In this document: in pieces, positions 47,067 to 57,157 of the stretch
How positions within the stretch are numbered: position 1 is the first letter of the stretch
How the letters are laid out: the number at the start of each line of letters is the position of its first letter
Source of the DNA: a virus
Length of the DNA stretch: 64,000 bases
Virus record (IMG/VR): IMGVR_UViG_3300025655_000032
Location: 3,244-67,243 of that record
Direction: 5' to 3' (one strand)
The notes under the pieces: model-generated
Told to the model about the DNA's origin: nothing
Databases searched by the model: none
What the model saw: only the letters and a program-made list of their open reading frames with translations
Program-made: the position numbers and the translations under genes

Positions 47067-47636
47067 TTATCGCCACCCTTCTGAGGAGCCCATGATGGCA
47101 AGAATCTTCTGCGCATGTTCAGCCTGATGAAGCGCGTCGTACAACGCATTATGGCGCTTAGTATGCGAGCCCTCCACCTCGTCAGCCGGGACACGTGGGA
47201 ACAGCGCAGCCAATGTACGATAGCAACGGTCGGAGCGGTAGGACCAAGGGCGTCGCAGTCCCACGCGCTCGTAAGCACGGGTGAGCAGCACGTTGTCGAA
47301 CGTCGCGCCGTTACCCCAGATATGAATCGTACGACCACCGGACTGCGAGCGCAGCCAGTCGGTGAAACGTTCTAGGGCCTCGTACAGCGATACGGCACCT
47401 TCGAACAACGCGCTTCGGGCCTCGTTAGACTGCTTGAACCACCACTCAATCGTGCTGGCATCCACCGTAGCACCGGACTCCAACGCGCTTTCGAGCGATA
47501 CGTTCTGGTAGAAGCCCTGTGTCAGCGAGCCGTCGTCAGGGTTCACAGTGTCGAAGCGCACCGCTCCAATAGAGAGGATAGCAGCGTCGGGCCCCGTGCC
47601 CAGCGTCTCAAGGTCCACCATAAAGTTACTGTTCAC
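47067..47636 (-). CDS. DEDDh 3'-5' exo(ribo)nuclease (Rv2179c / exonuclease VIII-like)
   Basis: MVDLETLG, WGNGATFD, HNALYDA. Confidence 0.85.
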   Translation of the reverse strand: MNSNFMVDLETLGTGPDAAILSIGAVRFDTVNPDDGSLTQGFYQNVSLESALESGATVDASTIEWWFKQSNEARSALFEGAVSLYEALERFTDWLRSQSGGRTIHIWGNGATFDNVLLTRAYERVGLRRPWSYRSDRCYRTLAALFPRVPADEVEGSHTKRHNALYDALHQAEHAQKILAIMGSSEGWR

Positions 47637-48417
47637 TGGGTGGCTCCATAAAGATAAAGTGGCGTTTCAGTTCATCAGGGAACTGTTCGTGATCCTTTGG
47701 ATGCACACCAAAGCCGGACATAAAGAAGAGCATCATGACAATAGCAGAGAGCTCTTCGAGCGTAATGTCCTCGGCCGGCGCGTAGGCGTACATACCCTGC
47801 GAAGGCGGTTCGTACGGCTGGTTAGTGTGTGGGTTTATGATGCTCACTGGCTTCCTCTTGCGTGCGCTTGTGGTCAATAATAATCGCAAGTATCTCCATC
47901 GCCTTCTCGTCCCGCAGGCACGCGGCGTCGAAAGACGCAAAGAAGTACTCAATGGTGCGTGTCAGCTGCTGCACGCTGTCGTGCGTCTCGTAGCTCAAAG
48001 TTCTCGCGCTCCAGGCGTTTAATGATGTGTAAGAGCACCAATAGATGCTTTTTAATGTCACTCGGGCTGTCGACTACGGTCTGCGCCTCGCGCTTTGCCC
48101 ATGCGACAGCCTCTTCTTCGGTCGGAAGACGCATTGGCAGTACCTCACGGCGATGTAGAGCAACGTGACACCCGAGACCGCCATAGCGGCCAGTAGTGGA
48201 TGCACCAGCTCTGGCGGACCATTGAACATCACGCCACACGGTACTCGTGGTGCAGCCAGTCCCAACGCGGTATAGGGCAGGGCACCCACTCGCTACCGAC
48301 GGGGGACTTCGTACGTCGCTCGATGCGTGCGCCGTCGACGTACTGCTCCATGACCCGAATATGGTCTTCGGTGAACATCTCCGATTTCGTACGGGTTACA
48401 TCTGCCCAGGTCTTCAT
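47626..48417 (-). CDS. Small hypothetical genes (about 47626-47847, 47822-47952 region, 47949-48134, 48229-48417)
   Basis: Co-oriented short ORFs between primase and exonuclease; boundaries uncertain. Confidence 0.35.
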
Positions 48418-50843
48418 TACGCCGTCTCCTGCACTTCGCGCCTCGCGCGTATCTCTGCTACACCGGGCATCGCCTTAGGCTGCAGCGATGCACGGTAGCG
48501 TTCCAAATCGTCCTCACTGAACGTCCAATCGATCTCAAGACCACGCGCCGTCGTCCCGTTAATACGCATAGGCGTAAAGCGAAGCCCAAACTTACCCGCC
48601 GTGCGCGTAAACTTGGTCGGTCGCATGGACCAGTCGACCGCGAAAGTGAACAGCGCAGCCACATCGTCACGTGGCAGTCGGACCACAGAGACACCCTGCT
48701 GCAAGTACTCGTAGATGTACTGCAGCACCGCTTTGTAGTTCGACATAGCTGTGATGAACTGCGAGGTCACGTTCGTCTCGGACACGCCGCTGGGCAACAG
48801 GTCCAAGAAGTACGTAAAGTTACCTTTCTCAATAGCCCGCACAACTTCCTCGGGCGAGGATGTCGTCGTCTCCTGGATAAAGCGCTTGGCCTCGTTGTCC
48901 AGCGGCGTGGTAGCGTTGTTTATGTCCACGTCGTAGGCCTGCAGGTAGTTAGCAAACGCTTGAAGCTCGTGGGGCAGGCGCTTGAACTCATCCGCGCCCA
49001 TCACCTCAATGAGCTTACGCTCCTGACGAGGAGCGACGTTCATACGTCGATCTTCGAACTCGATCAGCACAGGATTGCGCTTGTTGGAGAAGAACAGGAA
49101 CGCTGTGTAGTTCCGCTCGTTGTACGGGTTCTTGTTCATCTCACGGATCAGCAGCCGATCCTCGGTGATCCAGTTCTTGAGCTTCATGGTCACCGCCGCA
49201 ATGTTCGGCATACCGTCGGTGTCGGACTCATCGACAGCAAGTACCTGTGCACAGCGCAGGTACTGATTGAAACGCTCCCCGAGCGTCTCCACCGTAATCT
49301 CACGCGCTTGCTCAACCCCGAAGATAGGCGTGAGCACCTGCTCCATGAGGGTGCCCTTGCCAGTGCCAGGGACTCCGTGGAGCACCCACGCCGTCTTAGG
49401 CTTGAGTCCGTACTGCCATATATAGGCGAGCCAGTTGAGAAAGTACTCATAGGCCTCAGCATTGTCGCCCGTAACATGGCGAAGAACTTTTTGAATTGTT
49501 GGGGGGACATCACCAGGAGCACCCCCGGCCGTACAAGAAATACGGTAGGGCGACGGCTGATAAAGGTTGATACGCCGGCGCGCAGGATCGTAGAATACAG
49601 CTTCCGTTGGATCGAAGACCGTCTCCATAATCGGAATGAAAGCGGGGTCCTCCAGGCCGTGCTGCGCGCAAAAGTCAGTGATTTGCTCACGGCTCTTGGC
49701 CGGATCGAGTACACGCGTCTCAGTCGCCGGGTCCCACGTCCCTTTGAGATAAGCACCGGACTGCTTCTCTGTGAAGTAGAAGTACTTCGTCCCCTCCTGG
49801 TTGGAGAGGTCGGAGTGGTTGGCTGCCTCCTGACGGCGCGACGAAACGCACTCTGTGTAGTAATCAGGGAGCAGGTCTTTCGTGAGGTACGCAGGCTCGC
49901 CTTTGAAATTCTGAATAATCTCAAAGTTGTTCTCCGGGTGGTAGTAGCCCCAGCTGTCGCCACCGTTCAAGTTAAGGTACACAAAGCCACGCTCGTGCTT
50001 GACACCGGTGACCGTCGCCGTGTCGGGATTACGCAGCACAAAGACGTTGTACTTGGCGACGTGCTTTGTGCTCTCACGCTTACGACGCAGCCCGGCCTTC
50101 GCGCGTAGCTCGTCGCGCGTCGTGTCCTTCAAGGTGCTAACTTGTGGGAGGTCGGCCTGCGCCAGCGCCGCGGTGATGTTGAACGTGGGCTGTGTGCGCT
50201 CGACCAGCTGGATACGCTCCTCGGTGTACGGATCGTCCATACCCACGAACTTCGGAGGAGCGATGTAGATAATACGGTGGTTCTCGGCCAGGCTGATGTC
50301 CAGCGGCCACTTGATACTGTTACCGGTCTTGGTGAGCTCCAGCGACGCCCGTAGCGTGGGGTTCGTCAAGTTGAGCCACATGAGCCACTGCTTGAGCTGC
50401 GCCTCACCGATGGCAGCGTTAAGCAGCAGAAAGACATGTGCGCGCAGACCCGGCTTGACACCGTGGCTAGCAGAGTACTGCACCACATGGCTGACGTCGT
50501 TCATGCCGAGCGCCGCCAGCAGCGCGTCGATAGTCGGTATCGTCGCACCGTCAACGTCAAGGCACAGCCACTGCGTCGGCGCATCCTTGACGATGCGCCC
50601 CGCGCGTGACTCGTCGATCAGCGGTGTGGAGTAGTTACCCTTGACAATGGCGTGCCCACGCGAGGCGTGGGCTACCATCAGGGTGTAAAGGTGTGCTATG
50701 TCGGTGACGTTCTCTTCAAAAGAGGAGAACAAGTTATAGTGCTGGTAGTAGTTGGACGAATCAATCGCCCCGGTCGTGGAATTGTGACAGAACTCCTTGG
50801 ACAGCAGCCGTCCGGCTGCCTCCCGCACAAACGTCACCTTCAT
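48417..50843 (-). CDS. Primase-helicase (AEP-like N-terminus, SF3/DUF5906 helicase)
   Basis: LDVD…HVF N-terminal motifs; GVPGTGKG Walker A, VDE Walker B, FSN, DRR. Confidence 0.85.
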   Translation of the reverse strand: MKVTFVREAAGRLLSKEFCHNSTTGAIDSSNYYQHYNLFSSFEENVTDIAHLYTLMVAHASRGHAIVKGNYSTPLIDESRAGRIVKDAPTQWLCLDVDGATIPTIDALLAALGMNDVSHVVQYSASHGVKPGLRAHVFLLLNAAIGEAQLKQWLMWLNLTNPTLRASLELTKTGNSIKWPLDISLAENHRIIYIAPPKFVGMDDPYTEERIQLVERTQPTFNITAALAQADLPQVSTLKDTTRDELRAKAGLRRKRESTKHVAKYNVFVLRNPDTATVTGVKHERGFVYLNLNGGDSWGYYHPENNFEIIQNFKGEPAYLTKDLLPDYYTECVSSRRQEAANHSDLSNQEGTKYFYFTEKQSGAYLKGTWDPATETRVLDPAKSREQITDFCAQHGLEDPAFIPIMETVFDPTEAVFYDPARRRINLYQPSPYRISCTAGGAPGDVPPTIQKVLRHVTGDNAEAYEYFLNWLAYIWQYGLKPKTAWVLHGVPGTGKGTLMEQVLTPIFGVEQAREITVETLGERFNQYLRCAQVLAVDESDTDGMPNIAAVTMKLKNWITEDRLLIREMNKNPYNERNYTAFLFFSNKRNPVLIEFEDRRMNVAPRQERKLIEVMGADEFKRLPHELQAFANYLQAYDVDINNATTPLDNEAKRFIQETTTSSPEEVVRAIEKGNFTYFLDLLPSGVSETNVTSQFITAMSNYKAVLQYIYEYLQQGVSVVRLPRDDVAALFTFAVDWSMRPTKFTRTAGKFGLRFTPMRINGTTARGLEIDWTFSEDDLERYRASLQPKAMPGVAEIRARREVQETA

Positions 50844-50997
50844 AAGAACACCTTTATGTGCATGAGCCCGCTTTTATGCGGGGAAGATCGTATTATACAC
50901 GCCCCAGCCTTTATGCCAGCGCAGACTCTAGCACGCGCACAGGCTCAACAAGTGAGTCTGCCTGTCAGATAAATCTGATAAAAAAGTAAGAAAACCC

Positions 50998-51375
50998 CTA
51001 ATACCAAGCCGAGTACGACACCGCATTTCCGGCCTCCACCTCATCCAGCGCCAGATTGACGGCCTCCAAGTCATTGTTCATGCACTCGGCGGGATCGTAC
51101 TCGGTCGTACCGAAGAAAAAACCGCTGACGGGCACCAGGTTGTGCTCCAGGATGTCGGCCTTCAACCTCAGGAGGTCCAAACGCGTGAGGTCAAGAGCGG
51201 TGCAGTTGAACTCCGGGTCGTAATCGGCGTCCTGAGCGTGCCTGCTGTCGTACAGCTTCGCCATCCAGTTATGCAGGGCGTTGTGCTTACGCCAGTAGAA
51301 CAGCTCCTCGTAGACCTTATCGCCCGTGTCGTTGATGGCACCCCTGTGGGTGTGCATGTACATGTCAAGGCCCAT
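50998..51375 (-). CDS. Conserved phage hypothetical protein
   Basis: MGLDMY…YWRKHNALH.W…FNC…GFFFG pattern. Confidence 0.75.
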   Translation of the reverse strand: MGLDMYMHTHRGAINDTGDKVYEELFYWRKHNALHNWMAKLYDSRHAQDADYDPEFNCTALDLTRLDLLRLKADILEHNLVPVSGFFFGTTEYDPAECMNNDLEAVNLALDEVEAGNAVSYSAWY

Positions 51376-51589
51376 GGTAGTACTCCTATATGAGTGTGTA
51401 AGGCTCTCTCAGCCGCTTGTGCGTCCAGGCACAGCAGGAGGGCTGTTGAGCCTGCAAACAGCTGAGAGAGGTTCTGGTGGCGTTAGCACGCCTAATCATG
51501 ACCTTAGTCCGACGCCCGACGCCCGTAGTGCAAGGTGTGTGGGGGTTTGGGCATTACACTTCGGACGTCGGACGTCGGGGGTTGAGGAA

Positions 51590-51960
51590 GAAAGGTAGTA
51601 AAAAAGGAAGAAAACGATTAAATAGGAGAATAAGAGTCCTAAATAGTAGGAACTTATAGTCTTATAAGGAAGCTAAGTAGTATTTGTTACACTTTGAGGG
51701 CTAAAAGTGTAACGGAGGAGGAGGAATAAAAAGTATAAAAGGCTTCTAACTTATTGTATTATATATAATATATATTTATGTTACACTATTACAGTTACAC
51801 TTATATATACTATATCTATATTTTTTATTTTTTATAAATTATGAAAAAGTACAGCCGGACTTTTGAAAAGTGTAATTCTGTAACCCTCGCCTAACCTTCT
51901 GTTTCTGCAAGCAAATCGGCGTTACACAATCGGCTGTACTACTTTCATTCTCCCTTTTTT
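51590..51960. repeat. AT-rich region with GTTACAC repeats (candidate replication origin)
   Basis: GTTACAC at 51686, 51780, 51794, 51921; inverted GTGTAAC at 51707 and GTGTAAT at 51870; near-pure A/T tracts; upstream of primase-helicase. Confidence 0.65.
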
Positions 51961-51968
51961 GACCCTGT

Positions 51969-52181
51969 TTAGGCGTTTTCTTCGCCTATTTCCTCTACTG
52001 TGGCCTGGTCAGGCGCCTCAAAACAGGAAGGAGCTTCTGAAAATTGCGCTATTGGGGCGTTCGGACCCCCCCACCAGTGCTCCGCGCTTCGCTGTCGCTC
52101 TTCGGTCAGTGCCCTGGGACACCTTTCGAAGTCTTGACATTCGCCAAATGGGCAGAATGCCGTGTCTAAGTATGATATCAC
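51969..52181 (-). CDS. Small Cys-containing hypothetical protein
   Basis: GGAGG RBS in variant hairpin before GTG. Confidence 0.6.
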   Translation of the reverse strand: MISYLDTAFCPFGECQDFERCPRALTEERQRSAEHWWGGPNAPIAQFSEAPSCFEAPDQATVEEIGEENA

Positions 52182-52240
52182 AAATAACCCTCCTTTGTGA
52201 GGTTGTGTACTCCGTTGACCACAGGCTCCCCTCCCTTGTT

Positions 52241-52270
52241 AAAAAAGAGAGCCGGGAGGGGACCCGGCTC
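52241..52270 (-). terminator. Intrinsic terminator downstream of RNA polymerase gene
   Basis: - strand GAGCCGGG-TCCCCT-CCCGGCTC followed by TCTTTTTT. Confidence 0.75.
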
Positions 52271-52348
52271 GCAAAGCCCCCGGGAGGGGGCAGGAGGAGA
52301 CTACCAATGAATTCGCACGGGCCCCGGGAGGGGCCCATCTAACACCTG

Positions 52349-54721
52349 CTACCAGCGCAGCAACACGCGGCTGTGCCGTGCACCGTCGCCAATGACGCTG
52401 AGCTGCACCTGCTCCACGGCGGCAAGCGCCGCGGTGAGCTCTTCCGCCGCCGAGGGCACCGGGTCCAGATCAGACACCTGATAGGTGCCATCTACCCAGT
52501 GGGTTCCGAACAGCGCCGTCTCCAGGTGGTTGCTGCGCATTCCCAGCTCTTCGAAGAAGGCGCCACTCACCAGCTCTGCCGCCACCCGGTTGGGGCCGTA
52601 GGCGACGATAGCCGCCTCGGAGAGCTCTCCTTGGCGCACAGCCAGACGCACCATCAGCCGCACCTCACGGATGCGCTCCTGGGCCTGGTAGCGGGCGTCT
52701 TCGTCGCTCTCATCCAGCTCCACATAGGCACGCACCGCCTCGCGGTACAGCCGGCTGTAGTGACGCACCAACGCCACCGCTGCGGCCGGATCTTCCTCAC
52801 CCAGCAGCACGGCCTGCTTGGCCGCCGTACGCAGCCGATCGGGCAGCTCCGCCCGATCACCACGCAGCCACTGCCACTTCCTGAAGAGCTCATCCAGGAT
52901 TTGGATGCGCTCGAGCATTGCCGCTTCGATGTCAGTCTCCGGGGTACGCCCCGCAGCATGGACCGTGAGCCCGCGCCACGCGGCCAGCTTGGCCTCACCA
53001 CCAACAGCCTGCTGCACCTTGTGCATCTCATCCAGCAGGAAGCCCTGCGCCGGCATCACCGCCTTGGCCGCATCACGCAGCTCCTTCTCCTTGCTGCGCG
53101 CCGCATTGGCGTCCACCGCATGCTTCTGCGCCTCCACGCAGGTCTGACTGACCTGCTGGCCCAGCGCCGCCAGCTCTTCGGTGAGCTGCTCCACCTCGGC
53201 CAGGCGCATGTTGTTCATCATGCTCGGCCCGAGGCGCGAGGCGACACCGTTGGCCATCTCTATCATGATGGCTTCAACAGCGGCGTTCTGCTGGAATTCC
53301 ACCATCGGGACGCCACGCCCGAGGCGCAACGACTCGGGCTGCTCCACGCGCGGCTTGAGCGCAAACCGGGGCTCGAAGACTACCGCCGCATCACCATCGA
53401 AATCACCGCCGGCCGCCTTCCAGCGCGGGTCACCGGGGTTGATCACGATACCGGTACCGTCATCGCGCCCCTGCCACTTGATCTCACCCTCCAGCGTGTA
53501 CAACGCCATGCTGCTGGCGTCCGGCATGGCCGGGTCACGGTGCAGCATCAGCAACCCAGGAGCAGGGTGCTTCTTACTATGGAAGCGCTTGTAGGTGTCG
53601 GGCAGCAGCATCACGCTGCCCATCGGCACCAGCGCGCTTCCATAGACGGTCTCACGCGCCTTGCGCTTGGACGGCTCGAACTGCTTGAGCCACTTCCAGG
53701 GCGCATACTGGCGCATGAACAGCGCCGCCGGCACGCCTGCGCGGATCTTGCGGCTCTCTTCAACGGAGAACACATCGTCCACCGACAGCCGCTTCAGTCG
53801 GCCGTTGTCCGCCCTGATGACCTCCGCCGGGTTCTCAGCCCCGAACAGCACCGCCTGATAGTTCAGGCTGGGGCGTTCGCTTGGCATCGTACGCACCGCG
53901 GCGAACTCCCCCACCTGCGCACCCGTCGGCATGGTGCCACCAAACTGGGCCTCGTTCACCAACCCCTCTTGCTCGGTACAGCCGTTCACCACGAACGGGG
54001 GACGTACCATGCCTTTGGCGTAGTAGTAGATATCGTCCTCGTGGATACGCAACGTGCCGGGGCGAGGACCGTCCATCTTGCGGCTGATCATAACGGTCCC
54101 GTCGTTCTCCTTCTCGAAGAACCGCTCAACGGGTGTGCTGAGCTGCTGCATGAGTCCGCCGGGGCGCTTCATGAGCACTCCCATGCGCACCAACACATGG
54201 GTGTTGGACCCAATCATCTCTTCGACATTGAAGTGCGCGAACACGCGGTCGCGCAGCTCCTTCGCCGCGAAGAAGTACTTCCTGCCCACGCAAGCGACAG
54301 GATAGCGGTCTTGCTGCCGCATGTAGCCGAACAGGGCGTAGAGGGCCTCGTCTCTCGGCTCCATCTCGAAGCGCGCCATGACACCCGCCATCCAGGGGCG
54401 CACGCGGATATTTTCCGCTCGCTTGATGACTCGGAACATGCCCCCGGCTGCGTCATAGCCGGTGTATAACACCTGATCCGCCCCCACAGGCTCCTTGTGC
54501 GTCACCACAAGGACGATACGCTTGTTGAACCGATAGACAGCAGCGTCCACCGCCATCTGTGCCAGCTCATCTTCGTCCGACACGCCATCGATCATGGCCT
54601 CGCGAATCCCCATGCTGGGGACCACGCTGCCGTCTACTCTGACCTCACCGTTCAGCAGGTCGGCGATGGTGCTTGACAGCAGCCGTACGTCTACCACGTT
54701 GTTGTCGACGATCTTCTTCAT
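52349..54721 (-). CDS. Single-subunit two-barrel RNA polymerase (YonO / cellular RdRP-like)
   Basis: Motifs in the expected order: NDGTVMIS, LR…AKGM, LNYQ, HRDP, GGDFDGD (metal-binding), VEAQKH. Confidence 0.8.
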   Translation of the reverse strand: MKKIVDNNVVDVRLLSSTIADLLNGEVRVDGSVVPSMGIREAMIDGVSDEDELAQMAVDAAVYRFNKRIVLVVTHKEPVGADQVLYTGYDAAGGMFRVIKRAENIRVRPWMAGVMARFEMEPRDEALYALFGYMRQQDRYPVACVGRKYFFAAKELRDRVFAHFNVEEMIGSNTHVLVRMGVLMKRPGGLMQQLSTPVERFFEKENDGTVMISRKMDGPRPGTLRIHEDDIYYYAKGMVRPPFVVNGCTEQEGLVNEAQFGGTMPTGAQVGEFAAVRTMPSERPSLNYQAVLFGAENPAEVIRADNGRLKRLSVDDVFSVEESRKIRAGVPAALFMRQYAPWKWLKQFEPSKRKARETVYGSALVPMGSVMLLPDTYKRFHSKKHPAPGLLMLHRDPAMPDASSMALYTLEGEIKWQGRDDGTGIVINPGDPRWKAAGGDFDGDAAVVFEPRFALKPRVEQPESLRLGRGVPMVEFQQNAAVEAIMIEMANGVASRLGPSMMNNMRLAEVEQLTEELAALGQQVSQTCVEAQKHAVDANAARSKEKELRDAAKAVMPAQGFLLDEMHKVQQAVGGEAKLAAWRGLTVHAAGRTPETDIEAAMLERIQILDELFRKWQWLRGDRAELPDRLRTAAKQAVLLGEEDPAAAVALVRHYSRLYREAVRAYVELDESDEDARYQAQERIREVRLMVRLAVRQGELSEAAIVAYGPNRVAAELVSGAFFEELGMRSNHLETALFGTHWVDGTYQVSDLDPVPSAAEELTAALAAVEQVQLSVIGDGARHSRVLLRW

Positions 54722-54912
54722 GATCATGCCTCTTGTATGAGTTGCTGTCCGCAATGCGCTTGCAGACAGATAGACCGACTCGGCAGGCGTTGCCTCGTCG
54801 GATAATGTGGCCAGCCCATAGGGCTAGCCGTATAGGCCCCGGGAGGGGCCGTTAAGGCTCAACAGGATGGGGATAGCACCTCCTCTATGAGGTAGAAGAC
54901 TGGCCTACAGAC

Positions 54913-55014
54913 TTACTGCAAGAACGCAGCAAGGAAGACCAGCTCGAGGATTAGCAGGGCCAGGGACAACCCGCCCAGGAGTAACTGCCAGACAGACTCA
55001 GGCCGTTGCGGCAT
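54913..55014 (-). CDS. 33-aa single-pass membrane peptide (below ORF-track cutoff)
   Basis: AAGGAGAGGCAT-ATG; MPQRPESVWQLLLGGLSLALLILELVFLAAFLQ. Confidence 0.55.
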   Translation of the reverse strand: MPQRPESVWQLLLGGLSLALLILELVFLAAFLQ

Positions 55015-55065
55015 ATGCCTCTCCTTTATGAGAGTACCGACGTCCCTGTCAGCGGTGGTTTCGGA

Positions 55066-55521
55066 TCAGGCTGTGGCGTACGCTACTACTTTACGCATCC
55101 AGCCTGCTATAGGCGCTTCGTGGTAGACCCACTCCACGTTTAGCGGAGCGGGCGCCTCCACCCGACCTTTACGGAACAAGGCCAGGGCAAAGGCACGCAC
55201 CCAGTGTGCGCTCTGAGTCAACAGCTCAGAGGCCAACAGGCGCGCTGACTCCACGCCATTAACCGCCAGCTTCTCGTAGCCGATCAGCCAGCGGATGCCA
55301 CGCAGCGTGAGACTGAAGCCTAACGCTGCGAGTACGGCTATGGTGAGCCCACTGACCGCACCAGTAGCGGCATAGGTGCTCACCATATAGGAGGACATCA
55401 CGATGTCTACCAGAGTCTGGTAGCCCATCGCCCTCCTCAGCCATTTTGTATCCGGCACTAACAGCAGCACCGCTGCTATTATTGCCAGGATTAGAAGAAA
55501 CATAGTGAGCCATTCAGGCAT
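55066..55521 (-). CDS. Early membrane protein
   Basis: Two or three hydrophobic segments; GAGGAG RBS. Confidence 0.6.
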   Translation of the reverse strand: MPEWLTMFLLILAIIAAVLLLVPDTKWLRRAMGYQTLVDIVMSSYMVSTYAATGAVSGLTIAVLAALGFSLTLRGIRWLIGYEKLAVNGVESARLLASELLTQSAHWVRAFALALFRKGRVEAPAPLNVEWVYHEAPIAGWMRKVVAYATA

Positions 55522-55592
55522 CGCTATTACTCCTCTGTTAGAGTTAACACCATCCTTGGTGACTTTCAATCCTTATTTCGGATGGCTGCTTA

Positions 55593-56126
55593 CTAGGCGT
55601 TAGCAGCCTGGAGGCTGTCCAGCGCCTCCATAAGCTTGCCGTTCAAACGGGTCGATACTTCTTCCTGCACTCGATCCCACTGTAAGGGCAGCAGCAATAC
55701 GGAGGTTACGGTGTAGCCTGTAAGGAATGACACCAGGTGGATACCCAGCATTGCTACACCAAAGATCAGCGATCCGAAGAAGCCGCCTCCCGCAGCTAAC
55801 ATCAGGATAAACTGGAACAGGGACGAGAGGCCGCACAGCCACCACATCACCGCATTGGGTCTAATACCCAGCGGGCGGTCGTCGTTCCAGCCGCTAAAAA
55901 TAACGCTAAACGCGGATACCAGATAAACCCACGCCAGGAAGAAGAACGCCTTACAGGCCTCATAGGCCACCTGCAGGGACGCAGGGACCATCCCCCAAAA
56001 CCCGCTTAAGAAGGTCCAGCCACGGTTGACCAACGTCTTCACCTTGCTCCACAAGGAGCTGAGGGACAACTTAACAGTATTGACGATGGAGGAGTTGGAG
56101 GAATTGGAAGCGGTAGTCTTTTTCAT
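55593..56126 (-). CDS. Early multi-pass membrane protein
   Basis: Several hydrophobic segments; AGGAG RBS. Confidence 0.65.
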   Translation of the reverse strand: MKKTTASNSSNSSIVNTVKLSLSSLWSKVKTLVNRGWTFLSGFWGMVPASLQVAYEACKAFFFLAWVYLVSAFSVIFSGWNDDRPLGIRPNAVMWWLCGLSSLFQFILMLAAGGGFFGSLIFGVAMLGIHLVSFLTGYTVTSVLLLPLQWDRVQEEVSTRLNGKLMEALDSLQAANA

Positions 56127-56216
56127 GATAGTCTCCTAAAGGAAAGTAAATGTACCGAACTGGTACATAAGTAAACCACCCTCCGCCACGCGTAAGCGTG
56201 GCGAAGGGCGCGGCTG

Positions 56217-56558
56217 CTACAGGGCGTTCAACACGTCCTGCGGCACAGGACGCCACCCGCGCTTGGGGCTCATGACGTAGAAACGACCGTCATCCACATG
56301 CGTTCTCCTTCCGTTCTCCCACTGCCAACGCCCATACTGGGCACACTGATGGAACTTGCGGGCCAACTCGGCACAGATCGACTGCTGCTTCTTCTTTCCG
56401 AGCGCCTGCGCCATGAACTTGGTCTTCTCGTCCATAGTACGGACCGTGTTGATAGCGGCCTTGCCGCTCAGGCGTTCGTTCTCCGCCTTCAGGGCGTCCA
56501 GCTCCGCGGATTGTTGATCGATAACGGCTTGCAGGGATTTCAGGGTGGTGCGCGACAT
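56217..56558 (-). CDS. First gene of the leftward (early) arm, hypothetical
   Basis: N-terminal coiled coil; AGGAG RBS in variant hairpin. Confidence 0.7.
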   Translation of the reverse strand: MSRTTLKSLQAVIDQQSAELDALKAENERLSGKAAINTVRTMDEKTKFMAQALGKKKQQSICAELARKFHQCAQYGRWQWENGRRTHVDDGRFYVMSPKRGWRPVPQDVLNAL

Positions 56559-57118
56559 GGGGAATACTCCTATATGAGTAAGGGAAAGTACCTAGTCGGT
56601 ACAGTAAAAACCCACCCCTCGCGCCACGTAAGTGGCGCGAAAACAACACATACAGGCAGGTATACTCGAGGGCAGAGGTAAGAAGAAAACAAAAGGAGAA
56701 CAAAGCGTACGCAAATACGTACGGTTGTTCGGTGGCGCAAATGTTAGTGGATATCACCCGTCGCCCGAAGCCCGTCGCCCTACGCGCGAGGCACGATGCA
56801 CCGAGCGCATAGCGCGAGGTGCGAGGTGCCGAGTGCTTAGGGCGACGTGCTACGGGCGACGGGCATCGCGCTTCGCGCGATGCTCACGAGGAGCGGAGCG
56901 CCCGTCGTGCGGAGCGCCTAGCGCGACGCACGATGGGACTCCGCTCCTCGTTTGCCGAAACCGAAACCGAAGTGGGGGTGGCCTGGAGGGTACGGGGTGG
57001 GGAGGGGGGGATGACTCGATCGAATCCGGGGATGCCCCCTACCCCCTTAAAGAAACAGTTTCCCAAAAAAAAATTATAAAAAATTTTCCTACTTTATCCG
57101 AATCATATTCGTTACTCG

Positions 57119-57157
57119 TGATATAATATTCTCTTGGATATTATTGACACGGAAGTC
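57119..57157 (+). promoter_or_regulatory. Extended -10 promoter of the rightward arm followed by a CsrA-type hairpin
   Basis: TGATATAAT (57119-57127); GAC-ACGGAA-GTC (57146-57157). Confidence 0.55.

Noticed and set aside
50904-50919. Third ATAAAG hairpin upstream of primase
   Set aside because: Stem relies on two G-U pairs and lies upstream of the local TATAAT; not counted as a firm site.
52373-54469. 698-aa + strand ORF opposite the RNA polymerase
   Set aside because: Antisense shadow of a GC-rich, codon-biased gene; no RBS or recognisable motifs.
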